A DNA stretch of 64,000 nucleotides from Gekko japonicus (taxonomy: Eukaryota). A model generated the notes under the pieces. That model did no database searches. It was not told the DNA's origin and saw nothing but the letters and a program-made list of their open reading frames with translations. Positions 10,311-23,211 of the stretch are shown piece by piece. The stretch spans positions 2,044,672-2,108,671 of the forward strand of contig NW_015167058.1 of assembly GCF_001447785.1 (NCBI RefSeq). The letters run 5' to 3'. Every line of letters starts with the position of its first letter. The stretch's first letter is position 1. A program made the position numbers and the translations under genes.

Positions 10311-12774
10311 AAGTTTGCACTCCTCTAGGCTTTCCACAGTAACTGATTAGCTGCTAATTAGCTAATATAGTCCTTGTATTAAATTGTGTGGTCCGAACTC
10401 TATCCACAGCACACGAATGGTGCAATTCTTAAGATAGCACTAGTTGTTCCTTGCCACAAAACTACATAAATTAATTTACTAACGTATAACTTATAGGAGA
10501 TTTGGGTCATGTCAAAAGATGTACCCTCTGCTTTAAAAAAAGGCAGGTGATGGAAATGACAGAAGAAAAACAGAACTATGTAGGAATAAGGTAAATATGA
10601 ACACAAGTCAATATTTATTTGTAACCACCTTTGATTATGGTAATAGTGCTGTACCTATTTGCAAGTACTATTGTAACTTCATAAAAAGAAAATGGCTGGT
10701 TTTTAAAATCACAGGAACTAAACTACATGCTTATGATAGCACAGAATCCTTAATTACTTTTAAATTATCTCAGGAAGGTGTGCTTGTTTATATGTATGCT
10801 AAACCTATTTGGTTTCTCCGCTCCAATTAGCAATTCAATAGGGTGTTTCATTCTTCTTGTGAAAGACATTTTTAAAATGACATTCTGGTTACAATAGCTG
10901 CTGAATTATTTCCCAAAGAGATGGAACCAAGCAAAGATATGGAGCCAGGCTAGATTGCACTGAATTTCAGAGGGGCAAAAAGAGATAAACCATTGTACCT
11001 TACAAAGAATGATATGAAGGAACTGAAACATCTGAAGCTGTTTCAGCACACCTAAACAGACTGGAATGAAGTTTTATTGAAGCCAGTGTGACTTACAACT
11101 AAACATATTGAGGAACAGTTAACAGATTAATTCTGCAATCACTGTACCCACCAAGATCAGGGTAGAATTGGAATCTAGGGTAAATATAACCTCCCCTCCT
11201 CCACATTGCTTTCATTTCAGTGCTGCTTTGTGGAGTGAATGCTGTGGTTGTTATGCACACTGCACCCTTCCCACCATGAATCATTCCATAATCTGCTCTT
11301 TTCCCAGACTGTTTCACATGCAGCACCAATTCTATCAAGAACAGACTATGTGAGAACATGGGGAAAGACTAGATCCAGATAACCCCCAATTGTACAGCAC
11401 AGAACACTAACATGCAGAACATGTAAGGCACCGTGAAAGAGGAAAAGAAATGCAGTACTATGCTCCCCTATACAGAATGTTAGGGGACGCAAGTGCCCCC
11501 CATTTATAGCAACTATGAGTACACCTCAATTCAAATTTTTAACCCAAGTGGAACCAGATAACCTTCAGATTTTTTATATCAGGAGTATGAGAAATACACT
11601 CGTCCAAGAACTTCTGACCTGCCCCACTTCTGACCTACAGTGCACTTTTAATTCATATTCAAATACCCCTGTTGCAGGCTAAAATTATCAGGGTAAGGCT
11701 GTTGGGGTACCCTGATCCTGTTACACCAATCAGAATTCACTCTATTGCGTACCAGTGACTGGTAGGGCCCAAAAGTCTGGACTAATGACAAAAGGAACTT
11801 CAAGATGTAGCCAAGAGTGAATCTTCCCCATTCATCCCAAGGGAAACCAAGATCAGTAAGAATGGTTCCCTGAGCCCTCTGAGTTCTATAGATGACTTCT
11901 ACCTAACCATCTGCCAGTCCTCATCCATCATTCCATACTAGATCTGACAGCAAGACGGGTAAAGTATTATTCCAATCTCCCTACTACCCCCTACTTAGTC
12001 CTTAAACATCCTTTCTGTTTCCTTGTCTTTACTTCTCCAGCCCCACAACACAGACTGCTCTGTCTTAACATGAGCAACCCCTTTGCATTGCATTCCAGTC
12101 AGGGACTCCATTATTCCACTATCCTTTCCTGTTTACTCCATTACACCTGGTTCCATTTCTGAGCATCCCCATCACCCAGTTCTGCTCACTGGGTTGGCTT
12201 GCTCTGGACTAGCTATGTGGAAGGAGACATTTCATACACACACACAGTTTCTAACTTTTAGGATTTTTCCATAAACCTGAATGTCTTCACAGGTTTGTAG
12301 AAAGATCTGGCTTTTCTCCAATACATGGATTTATGAATCCACAAATCTAGTAGATATTTTTTTATACTCTATTCAAATATACTATTGTCATGTTACTGTT
12401 ATGTCACAGCTCACCAAAGTTCATGTTACCAACAGTGATCAAAATTACCTGTATCATTCTGGGTGGAAAATCTCCCATAAATAAAAGCCGAATGGTGGTG
12501 GCACTTCTCTAGAACATTCCACACGCTCCAAAATCAGTGATCTGTCATTCATAGGGTCTCCCTATCCACTGGCTGCTTTGCCTGAGTCCTGCCTCCAACA
12601 TTCTAAACATTTTGCTGTTCCTCTCCCCCCCATAGCCAGTCAGAACACAGAGGTTATTTGCATATGCAGCCTCATTGGCCTTTGCCTCGGAACACAGAGG
12701 TCATTTGCATATGCGACTTGATTGGCTTTTGCCTCTAACATTCTAAACAGTTTGCTGTTTTGAGGTAAAATGTG

Positions 12775-13295
12775 TCCAATCTCCAGGTGAGGGCTGGAGA
12801 TCACTCAGAATTACAACTGCTTTCCAGATGGCAGAGATCAGTTCCCCTGGAGAAAATGGTGGACTCTGTATCCTTATATGCTGCTGAGGTGGCCCCCGTT
12901 ATGACAGTCAATGTGACGTAGCAGTCAGGGCTTCAGAGCATGGGAGAGGCTGCAGGTGTGTGGGGGGTGGAAAGCTGAAGAGTGAGGGGGAAATAAAGGA
13001 AGGTTGATGATTGGCTGGGAAGGAGATAGGGTTGCTAACTCCAGGTGGGAAATTCCTGGAGATGTGAGGGATGGAACCTGGAGAGGGTGAGATTTCAGGA
13101 GGTGTGGGACCTCGGACAGGTACAAAGCCATAGACTCCACCCTCCAAGCCAACTATTCCCTTCTGGGGAACCATTGTTGCCAATCTCCAGGTGAGGGCTG
13201 GAGATCACTCAAAATTACAACTGTTGCTTAGGTAGCAGAGATCAGTTCCTCTGGAGAAAATGGTGGTCTCAGCGTCATTATACCCTGCTGAGGTC
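12775..13295. repeat. Cluster of three fragments of the abundant (T)AGGGTTGCCA-terminated repeat (hAT-like MITE); other copies at 1-175, 26590-26812, 33850-34048, 38441-38659, 40470-40630, 57809-57989
   Basis: Shared core CTCCAGGTG...AGAGATCAGTTCCCCTGGAGAAAATGG and GGGTTGCCA/TGGCAACCC termini. Confidence 0.75.
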
Positions 13296-13588
13296 GCCAC
13301 AGCAAATTGACACTGAGTGTCAAAGGCCGGGGCACCCACCCAGAGCCTCTTTCTAGAGGCCGTTGTATTTATTTCCAAAACGAGCCTTTTTCCTAGTGAG
13401 ATATAAAACTCTTTACATGTAACAGTGTGTACATGATGAACATGATACTTTATTTCTGAAATAAAACAGCTAACAGCATCACTTGTGCCATGAAAATATT
13501 TATGTAATTTCAAACATATTCACAATTAAAAGATGTAAACAAGCAAAGGCATTATATACAAACATTTATTTTATAAAGGTCCAAAGCA

Positions 13589-13760
13589 TTAATATCTATA
13601 TTTGGTTGAGTAGTCTTTGGGTGATACAACAAGACCTCTACCTTTACGAGCACCTCTATAAACTGTTTCTATGATGTCAATCATCTCTTGCTTGTCTTCC
13701 ATCGCCCAGTTAATTTTGTTGTTGTTGCCTGTGCCTAAATCAATCATTATGTGTTTGTTT
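13589..13760 (-). CDS. TXNL4A: TXNL4A last coding exon (NKHIMIDLGTGNNNKINWAMEDKQEMIDIIETVYRGARKGRGLVVSPKDYSTKYRY*)
   Basis: Manual translation matches the Dim1 C-terminus; pyrimidine tract + AG acceptor; TAA stop; minus-strand AATAAA at 13449-13454 and 13368-13373. Confidence 0.97.
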
Positions 13761-14513
13761 CTTTAAGAAAAGAAAAGAGGAGAAATACATCAGTGAATGA
13801 TCTACTTCTTTATGAAGTTACTCAGTATTTTGGGTCACTAGTATCTCTATTCATTGTCCCTCTCCACTTATCACCTTTCTACAGGTCTAGCATAATAAAA
13901 CCTCAGATTACAGTTTAAGTCAAAATTATAACCTTCGGTGTTTAACCATCATTCGTTTCAAATTATGAACATCACACCAAGATACAGCTACTAATAATTC
14001 AAATATCAAACAGAAATCTGTTCTAATATTATTTCCATATAATTTCACACCCAAATATAAAAACAAACAAAAATAACTAGCAGATTTTGCCATTTCAGAT
14101 TTCTTATGAATAACATTTAATCTAAAAGTTCTAAAGCCTGGATAAAGTAAACTGAGAAGTAAAAAAAGAGGCCACTAATATGCATGTATTTATTTCTGAC
14201 ACGGCAATTTTGACAGCTTTCCAACCTATTTTAGGAGCTGCAACTCCAAGGCAGTGGCTCATAAGACCATATGTAAATAATTCAACTGTTTGCATGAAGA
14301 GACAGCCCATCCCCAGGAGCACTGTATTACCTAGTTGTTGCCCAGAAACAGCTGTACCTAATAAAAGACTTTACATTCAGGGAGAGGCATCATTCCTCCT
14401 AAACTCTCCTGCATAGCATCTTTTCTGGCCTGCAAGAGCAAAAGAGGCTGACACAAAAACGACAGCAAGAAAACAGCTGGAGGTACGCTGGTAACTAAGG
14501 TACTGTCAACTGG

Positions 14514-14854
14514 GGCCCCTGCCACACGGCAGGGAAAACACTGGCCAAAAAAGAGGCGCCGCGGCAGGATCCCACGATCCCCTGAGCCACGGCGCCGTTG
14601 CTCCCCGGCACGATCAGATGCCGGGGAGGAAGAGACGATTGGGAGGGGGAGGCTGTCAAACTGCGCATGCTCGAGCCGGGGGCCGGGGACGCGCCAGCGA
14701 TCCCACGGCCGGCAGTGATGCGGGGTTTGGCCAGGAGGGGCGGATTGGGAACGGGCGCAGCACAATTCCCAGATGTTGCTGTGGGATCGCGCCCGTTTGC
14801 TGCGGCCCCGATCCGTCCCTCTCCCGGCCAAAAACCTCTCGTGTGAACAGGGCC
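14514..14854. mobile_element. CpG-rich Harbinger-like MITE
   Basis: TIRs GGCCCCTGCCACACG / CGTGTGAACAGGGCC; 3-bp TSD TGG. Confidence 0.65.
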
Positions 14855-15236
14855 TGGTTTTGCCTCCTACAACAGCTTCAGCTGTAACATTGCTGTCGCT
14901 TAAGCCAACTGACTGGATCCAGTAGCCCAACTCTTGTAGTTCACTTCAACAGGCTCACTTGATTTTCCTCACTAAAACAAGGCTTTGCAGAAAAGCCATC
15001 AACTCCTGAACTAGCAATGCAAATTGTTTGTAATATCACAAATGGCCCAGAGGTTTACACTTAGTTTTGAAGACTGCAGCTTCCTAACAGAATGGCTGGC
15101 ATGAGTAAAGAATCAGATTCTGATTACAGTCAACACAGTATAGTACAATAAGAGAGGTGTTATTGTATAATAATGTTTGCACAACTTATCAATGGAGAAC
15201 ATATACATTACAATTAAATGTAGGAATAAAATATAC

Positions 15237-15340
15237 CTGAAGAAAAACATGACTGTACAGGGATCGTACAGTTCATACATCTTGTTGAAGTCTTGTACTT
15301 CTGTGATATCCACAAGGTAAATAACAGCAAAATTTTTCAC
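15237..15340 (-). CDS. TXNL4A: TXNL4A middle coding exon (VKNFAVIYLVDITEVQDFNKMYELYDPCTVMFFFR)
   Basis: 104 nt, AG/GT boundaries, Dim1 sequence. Confidence 0.97.
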
Positions 15341-16196
15341 CTATTGAGAAAAATATTTAGAGCAGAGTATGGTAACTAAGCATTCACGGTCAAGCATTGT
15401 AAGCTTACAAAGAAATATGAACACAGCATTTAACTTCAAAAAAGAAGCAATATGTTAACATAGGGTCCATGTTCTAGACCATGACATCCAGAATGAAACT
15501 TTATCCAGTGTGATTATATAGTGTTTGTTGCCACATCATAAAAGGTCTATTTCTATTTCTCCCAATGGTTATCAGCATTTAATTTTCAACACTGTGCAAC
15601 CTTTTTAAGTAGTCCCAAGATGGCAAAGTGCTACCAAGTTAGACTCCCTTCCTCTCTATGTTGACATCATGCCCAGCCACCCTTGTTAAAGGCTTCAGAC
15701 TGGACAACTAGATTTCTTCAGTAACATGATGGAAGCAGGTGCAACCAATTAGGTAAGCCATCTGTTCATCCCTTACATTGCCCTTTTCTGCATGATGCTA
15801 CAACTTTGCACAACTCCGCAACAGCAAATATTTCTACTAGAGTGCTCGTTCTGCTGAACAAGCTTTGTGTTGCAATGGCCTATACTATATGTACAGTGCA
15901 ACAGATCATATTACAACAGCAAAGATCAGTGCAACCTTGGGACATAATTTGTCAAAAATACACTGTCCTGTATTGTAAAAGAACATGTATTTCAAGCATT
16001 TATGAAGACAGGGAAGAAGAGCAACATGTGGAATTAAGTCTATTGGTACAATCAAATTCCCAGCATTTCAGTTTCAAAAATTCAATCTTAGTGTAGCATT
16101 CCCAGAATGTAAACATTTCTTACTTTGCAAAGTATGTTTTTATTAGCTTGACTAATTGCTCGAGAAACAAATAACTGAACAAATATTACACTAAAA

Positions 16197-16568
16197 CAGG
16201 GCTTGACAAATCCCAGGCAACAGGGTGCCATGGCATCTAGAAATTTCATTGTGGTGCTAATATTTTCAGAAGTAATTTATTTTAAGCGCCTCTTGGTGAT
16301 TCTCAATAGAAGTACAAAGTTCATTTAGGTGAGGGGCAGAGGTTAGCTTTTTGTTGTTACAACAGCATTACTCCAATTTATTTCTGCACTACAACACTTT
16401 TGTTATAGCTTTTTAAAAACTGACAAAAACGTGAAGAGTTTAGAACTGGGTTTTGTGGTAGCAATAAAGTATGTTATTAAAATATAAAATCCTGACAGCT
16501 GAAAAAGAAGTCTGGCTCCTAAATTTTTGAGGTGGCTTATAAAGCAAAATTTTTTTTGTCAAGGCCTG
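16197..16568. mobile_element. hAT MITE
   Basis: TIRs CAGGGCTTGACAAA / TTTGTCAAGGCCTG; perfect 8-bp TSD CACTAAAA. Confidence 0.85.
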
Positions 16569-17124
16569 CACTAAAATATACCCTAAGTCTATCAAACTAT
16601 ATGCATTTATAAGTATTTGTTCTGAATACACTGCAATGTGTACTGAGCAGCATGGAGTCCATGAGATACTTATAAGCCATCTAGCGTTCTTCACAAGAAT
16701 TCTGAAGATCTACTAATATATCTACTCTTGTGTTACTATTAACATTATTGAAATGGTAGTGTATCATAAAGGCTCAAAGATCAAGGATGGGGTGGTGGTG
16801 GTGGGAGAGAATAATTCCCCCATTTCAAGGAACTGATCTGCATTCTGAATATTGGACATTTAAAAATGCCAGGACTCTTGACTATTTCATTTTTTAGGAT
16901 CATGCTCACATTTAACAAATCAAAAACTGTTTTTCTGAAAATGAAGTGTCAAAGGAGAGATAGATATGCAACTCAAAGGAAAAAGAGATTAAAACAAGGC
17001 AGGGCCGGGGGGGGGCGTGGCGACGCCGTAAGGAACATGGCCGCCTGAAATAATTGCTCTGAGAGCCCTCCCACCCTTTTGAAGTAATATTACTGTCCGA
17101 CCTACTGGTCTCGACACGATCTTG

Positions 17125-18144
17125 ATGGGAGAAGATAATCGATTAACTCCTCTTCCGGAAGTGTGCAGAAACGATAAGGTATCGTCCAAAAAAAGTGCTA
17201 AATTAAGCCATTTGGTTGTGGGGCCTCGGCGCTTAATATCAGCAAAAATGGTGGCGTCAGCCCCAGACGCAGGAAAAGACGTCCATAACGAGACTGTTAC
17301 ACTCTCAGTTCTTACTGAGACCTTAACTGCGGCACTTGGCAAACTAGAAAAAACGATGCTGGACAATATTTCATTAATGCTGAAACCTTTATATGACCAG
17401 CTAGATAATATGCAGAAGAATATCTCAGATACTAGAGAAGTTGCAGAGAGTGCTTTAAATAATAGTATACTGAATCAGAACGCCATACAGACTCTCAATA
17501 TCGGAGAGGACGCTCTGGCGGAGTGCACACTAAGGCTTGATTTATCAATGAGAGAGCATAACTTGAAGCTTCGAGGGATAGAGGAAAAAGCAGAGGGGTC
17601 TGAAGATCTAGCCTATTTCCTGGCTACTTGGCTTTCCCGTGAAATTAATGTGGAAGGTGACATTTTAAAGACGGTGACGAAAGCCTACAGATTGGGCTCC
17701 ATGGCAACGCTCAGGAAAAAAAACTTTAGAGACATTCTAATAACTGTGTTAGATGTGAGATATAAACACAAAATAATGCAAATGGCCAGGCAAAGAGGGC
17801 ATTTGCTGTTCAATGGAAGAAGGATAGAGATTTACCAGGATCTTCCTCAGGAGGCTATAGAAAAACGCAGAGAGCTTAAACCTCTCACATCGAAGCTCCT
17901 GGAAGCCAACAAGAAGTACAAGTGGATTTCGCCACTGATACTACAGACGGTACACATGGGCAAGACTTATCGAATCTCATCAATGGAGGACAGAAAATCT
18001 CTACTCCATATCATGAATTTAGACGAGCCCATGGATGTCTCCAACAAGCCCCATAAGAGAAAACTGGAATCAGAGTCACCGCCACCGACCGAAATCAAAC
18101 AACAAGCGAGAGCTCCGATATGTGACTATGCCAGGCAAAGCTAA
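17125..18144 (+). CDS. L1 ORF1p (RNA-binding chaperone), open frame; true start may be ATG 17248
   Basis: Coiled coil followed by REHNLKLRGIEE (RRM start), AYRLG, IEIYQDL. Confidence 0.88.
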   Translation: MGEDNRLTPLPEVCRNDKVSSKKSAKLSHLVVGPRRLISAKMVASAPDAGKDVHNETVTLSVLTETLTAALGKLEKTMLDNISLMLKPLYDQLDNMQKNISDTREVAESALNNSILNQNAIQTLNIGEDALAECTLRLDLSMREHNLKLRGIEEKAEGSEDLAYFLATWLSREINVEGDILKTVTKAYRLGSMATLRKKNFRDILITVLDVRYKHKIMQMARQRGHLLFNGRRIEIYQDLPQEAIEKRRELKPLTSKLLEANKKYKWISPLILQTVHMGKTYRISSMEDRKSLLHIMNLDEPMDVSNKPHKRKLESESPPPTEIKQQARAPICDYARQS

Positions 18145-19432
18145 GAAGCCGCAGTTCTCTGAGTTACGAAGGTTTATGATGTGACACGAAGACTTCATGC
18201 TATTGTTTCTCTCTAAGTTCTAGGTTATGCGTCACTAATCGTGTTTTTTACCATGTTATACGTTGTCAATTACTTGTAAAATCGGATCTTGTTTTAACGG
18301 ATCCGGAAGGTTCTTTGTATTTTTTTGGCATGGCACTCATTAACAGAAGTACCATTGCAAAGAGGGGTCGTCATTGCAGGTCATAACAAGCTTCTCTCTT
18401 AAGTCAGTTTAATTAGATTTGTATGGTTATTGTGTTTGTTTCATTCTGTTTTTAGGTCATACATAAGCTTTGTTTGAAGGGTAAGAAGGGGGGGGAGGGC
18501 TCGGAATGGGAGCAATTGTTTCTAGCCCTGAGGAGGTGTGTTTCCTTTGAAGACTGCTAGGGGGTTGGGTGCCTAGCCTTCTGTGTCTCTTGTGAGAGGA
18601 ACAGAAGTCAAGGAAACTTTTCCTGCATCCATTTTTGTTGGCAATCTAATAGCTGTTTATTTTACAGCTAATTTTAGTGTGTGCATTCATATTTTATTCA
18701 TATTTTATATTGCTAATTCAAATTGATTCTAAAGTTGGTAATATACTATTAGGTAGAACAGCCCTCACTTTATACGTTTGGGCGCTTATTAATTATACAG
18801 ATTCGTACTATCAGACCCAATTAATTTACACTTTTCCTTCCTACGAAGTACCGTCTCTAAATCTTGTAGATCATTATTTCCTTAAACTACAAACAGACTC
18901 AACACCTAATAGGGGGATATAACCTCATATTGACAGGGACATTTTTATATTCATATCTGTTTCACTTATATTTTTAAGAATTTAATGGATTTCATTATTG
19001 CGTGATTGCTGTTGATTAATTGATTGATTTGTTACAGACTGAAGGAAAAGACAATTAATAGTGCTATAAACTACCCAGGTATTGTTCCGTGTATTGTCAC
19101 CTGGTTATTCTAATGCAAGTTGAGATAAAAGGCTAAGGCTTCTGTTCGGATACTGAACAGTGTTATTACGATTTTAACTTTGTGTGTGTCTTGACTTATT
19201 ATATTTATTTAATTTGTCTCTGGTTGCATTTCTTCTTTATTTTTTAGTTTTTACAATACTCATTGTTTGTGTGGCGCTGGGACTACTCGGAGAGAGAAAA
19301 GTTGGGTAAGCTGCGTTACCTCTAATATTTTATTTCCAAAGGCAAATTCACATCTAGAACTAATACATCTGGTTTAATCAGTAGTTACATCTCACCATTA
19401 CGCTAAGATCTCTTCTACAACAGGGCTCCAGC

Positions 19433-22400
19433 ATGAATTCTAATGTGCTGAAAGCGGTCTCGTCAAATGTTAGAGACCTAAACAATCCAATCAAACGAAA
19501 ACAAATTATTTCCCAATTGTCTAAATGTCAGGCAGATGTAGTGTTTCTTCAGGAAACTCATCTAAAGAAAGGAACCGAACTAGTGTTTAAATCTAAAAAA
19601 TGCCCACTTCAGTATATGTCGCATGGTTCCTCCAAGTCAAGGGGAGTGGCGATTCTACTTTCCAAAAATGTGAGATTCACCTTTCTTTCCCAACTAAATG
19701 ACCCGGATGGGAGATTTCTCTTCATTCAGGTACCTTAGAAGGCAGGCTGTATACAATGGCCACCCTATACGCTCCAAATAATGGACAACTAAAATTCTCA
19801 AAAGACACCCTTAATCGGTTGCAGAAATTCACCAAAGGGGAAGTAATTCTTGGAGGGGATTTCAATTTGGTTGCGGATAAACAAATGGACAAATCAAGCT
19901 TTCACCCCAATCCAAAACAGAATAAAGGTAGATTTACCGGTCTTGAGGACCTTTTCAAGGAAAACGATTTGACAGATATCTGGCGCAAAATGAACCCTAC
20001 CGTTAAAGACTTCACGTATTTCTCCAATAGACACCAATGCTACTCTAGAATCGATTTTATTTTGGTCTCTTCGACTTTGCAGAAAAGAGTATTGGCTGCA
20101 TCTATTGAATCGGCACAGTGGTCTGATCATTCCAGAGTTCAGTGCATTATTACCCCATATGACCCCACTCAGAGATGCAGACAATGGTCTTTAAATAATT
20201 TTTTATTGACAGACCCACTAATCCGAGAAGACATAGAAAAAGGCATAAAACAATACTTCAAGGAAAATAAACAGGAGGACACAATAGATGTAATTAGATG
20301 GGACGCTTTAAAACCGACTCTCCGGGGTATGTTGATTTCTCAGGCATCCTACCTGAAGAAAAGGAAACAAAAATTAGAGTCAGAACTTTCAGAAAAAAAT
20401 AAGTGTCTAGAACAGAAACACAAAGAGACCACTAGTAAAAAAGTGTATAATGGCAGCACGCAGAAGTTTACAGCAGCTTGAAACGGCAAAAATAAGTAAG
20501 TTCCCCTAGAACTCTTCGACTCTTATCGCATAAAGTTAAAGCACAAATGTCACAAAACTTGATTGCAGCTATCAAAGGGAAACAAGGGGAAATTCTTAAT
20601 GAGACGACGAAAATCTCAGAAGTTTTTGAATCCTTCTATACAAATCTTTACTCATCCTCTGGGACCAACCCGGATCAAATGCTGGATTTTTTAAACAATG
20701 AGGGGAAAATGCCATTACTGAAAGAGGCCCATATAAACTTAATGGACAGACCCTTTACAGTAGATGAGATTGCTGAAACTATTAAATCTCTTAAATTAGC
20801 CAAAACATCAGGCCCAGACGGTTTCACTTCAGAGTTCTATAAGTGCTTTAAATCAGAACTTGCTGGCCCTTTGACTGATGCTTGCAACGCAGTCTTGCTA
20901 TTGGGACACCTCCCACCCTCTTGGAAAGAAGCACACACAGTGGTGATCTTAAAAAGGGGGAGAGATCCCCTATATCCAGGATCATACAGGCCGATCTCCT
21001 TACTTAACCAGGATCTAAAAATATTGATAGCCACACTAGCACGTAGAATGAACTCCTTTATAGCCGAGTATATCAACCCTGACCAAGTCGGCTTCATGCC
21101 GAACAGAGATTTGGCTGACAATACCATCAAGACATTGACGCTTTTACGGTATTTCCAAAAGGCTAAAAATCCAGGTTTATTTTTATCATTGGACATTGAG
21201 AAGGCCTTTGATTCAGTGGAATTTAAATATTTGTTTGCTGTATTAAAAACTATGGGCTTTGGTCATAAATTCATAGGTTTGATTGAAACGCTATATGCAT
21301 CCCCTATAACTAAAATAAAAATTAACGGTTCCTTTATTAAACCCATCCCCCTATTGAGAGGTACCAGACAGGGGTGCCCTCTATCCCTGATCCTGTTCGC
21401 TCTGGTGAAAGAGCCACTGGCTAACGCTATTCGTTCACATCCTGAGATTTGTGGTAGCAAGATAAGAACAAAAGAATACAAATTGTCACTATTTGCGGAC
21501 GATATGATTCTGTACCTTACGAATCCAGGTAGTTCTCTTCCGGCGCTACACAAATTGTTGAAGACTTTTGAAACCTTCTCAGGTCTGAAAATCAATGATA
21601 GCAAATCACAAGTATTGTCATTAAATCTCTCACAAGATGAGGAAAACAATATTAAATCAAAGTTTAAATTTCAATGGGTCTCTCAATCCCTACAATATTT
21701 AGGTATTCAAATCACATGTGATCAGAATTTACTGTTCGATTTAAATCATTCAGAAATGTACTTAAGTCTATCTAACACATTACTCAAGTGCAGCAAACTA
21801 AATCTTAACTGGATGGAAAAATTTAACTTGATCAAATCATTTATTCTTCCTAAATTTATTTTTCTGTTTAGTAATCCCAATTACAATTCTGAAGAAGTGG
21901 CAAGCTGCATTGTCTACATTTTTATGGGACGCAAAAAAAAACCAGAATAGGATTCTCGGTCCTTCGTAGATCCAGGTCTAGAGGAGGATTTGATATCCCA
22001 GATTTGGTACTATACCACAGGGCAATTATGTTGTTTATTACTTGTAAAATCTTTAGATCATCCATACAACCAGTATGGATGGACATATGTAGTGACCTTA
22101 TATATCCAAAACACCTGCCAGATGTAGTATGGACACAGGAAAACCCATCAGGGGAATCCTTTGACCTCATTGATTTGGTTTATTCATCAATACAAACTTG
22201 GAAACGTTTTGCCAAACCTTTGATGCCCAAGATATCACGACTCTCTCCTTTTTTAAATCAAAGTTGGTTTAAGCCGGGGATGAATCCAGAACTCAGCAAA
22301 TTGTGGAGGGGTAAAAATATATTTTGTATACAAGACATAACTACTAAACAAGGTATTAGGTCCAAAACAGATCTAGAACAAAAGTTAGGGTACCCTATAC

Positions 22401-23211
22401 CCTGGTTTTTCTATCTTCAGCTGAGTCACTTAATACAACAGATAGATAGGTCCAATTTGATGTCTAAACCTTTGACAGATTTGGAACGGATCATCATTGT
22501 GTTTGACAATAAAAACAAAGGCCTCATTTCTCAATTATATTAATTCTTCTTGAGCGGTCCAGCGCGGGTTCTCTATCATATCAAATTAGCTGGCAAAAGG
22601 AGTGCACATCAAACCTGACGGAGAACATGTGGTCAGAACTCTGGAACTCTAGTAGCTTCAGGAATAAAACTATATCTTTAATTCTTCAGAATCTAAAGAT
22701 TCTATCTAGATGGTATACGACTCCTCACAAACTTTCCTTGATATCTGCGGATTATGTTCCACTTTGCTGGAAGGGTTGTCGTCATACCGGAGATTATGCA
22801 CACTGTTGGTGGAGGTGTGAAAAAATCAAAACATTTTGGTTAGAAATTATAAATGTAATTCACGACATCACTACTGTTTCAGTCCCCTTTTCTCTGGAGA
22901 CTTTATTCTTAAATGTTTGGCCCACCAAATTAAAACCTAGACCTCATAAAGCCACGATTGAAATCATGTTGGACGCGGCTAAAATGGCGATTGCTTCTTT
23001 TTGGAAGGATCATAGAGCCCCTAGTTTAGAATTATGGTACAAAAAGCTTTGGAATCATTACTTGATGGATGCTGTAACAAACAAAATTAATTGCTCGGCT
23101 CAATTTCCTAAGAAAGATGTGTTTACTGACAAATGGTTTCCGGTTTTGGATTACTTGTCGAAACAACAATTTCTCTCCTCCAAGTGGTCCCAGTATCACA
23201 AATGGGTTTGA
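19433..23211 (+). pseudogene. L1 ORF2p (endonuclease-reverse transcriptase) broken by indels/stop near 19728, 20450-20500, 21870 and 22540
   Basis: Motifs FLQETH, GGDFN, SRIDF, SDH, GPDGF, YRPISLLN, DIEKAFD, GTRQGCPLS, LFADD, CWKGC...HCWWRC distributed over five ORF fragments. Confidence 0.95.

Noticed and set aside
15225-15236. TXNL4A donor GTATATTTT as a U12-type site
   Set aside because: Lacks the CC at +5/+6 and the 3' end has a normal polypyrimidine tract.
17125-18144. Intact L1 ORF1 beside a broken ORF2 as possible domestication
   Set aside because: With about five or six lesions in 3.8 kb of ORF2, none in 1 kb is not improbable; no independent sign of selection.
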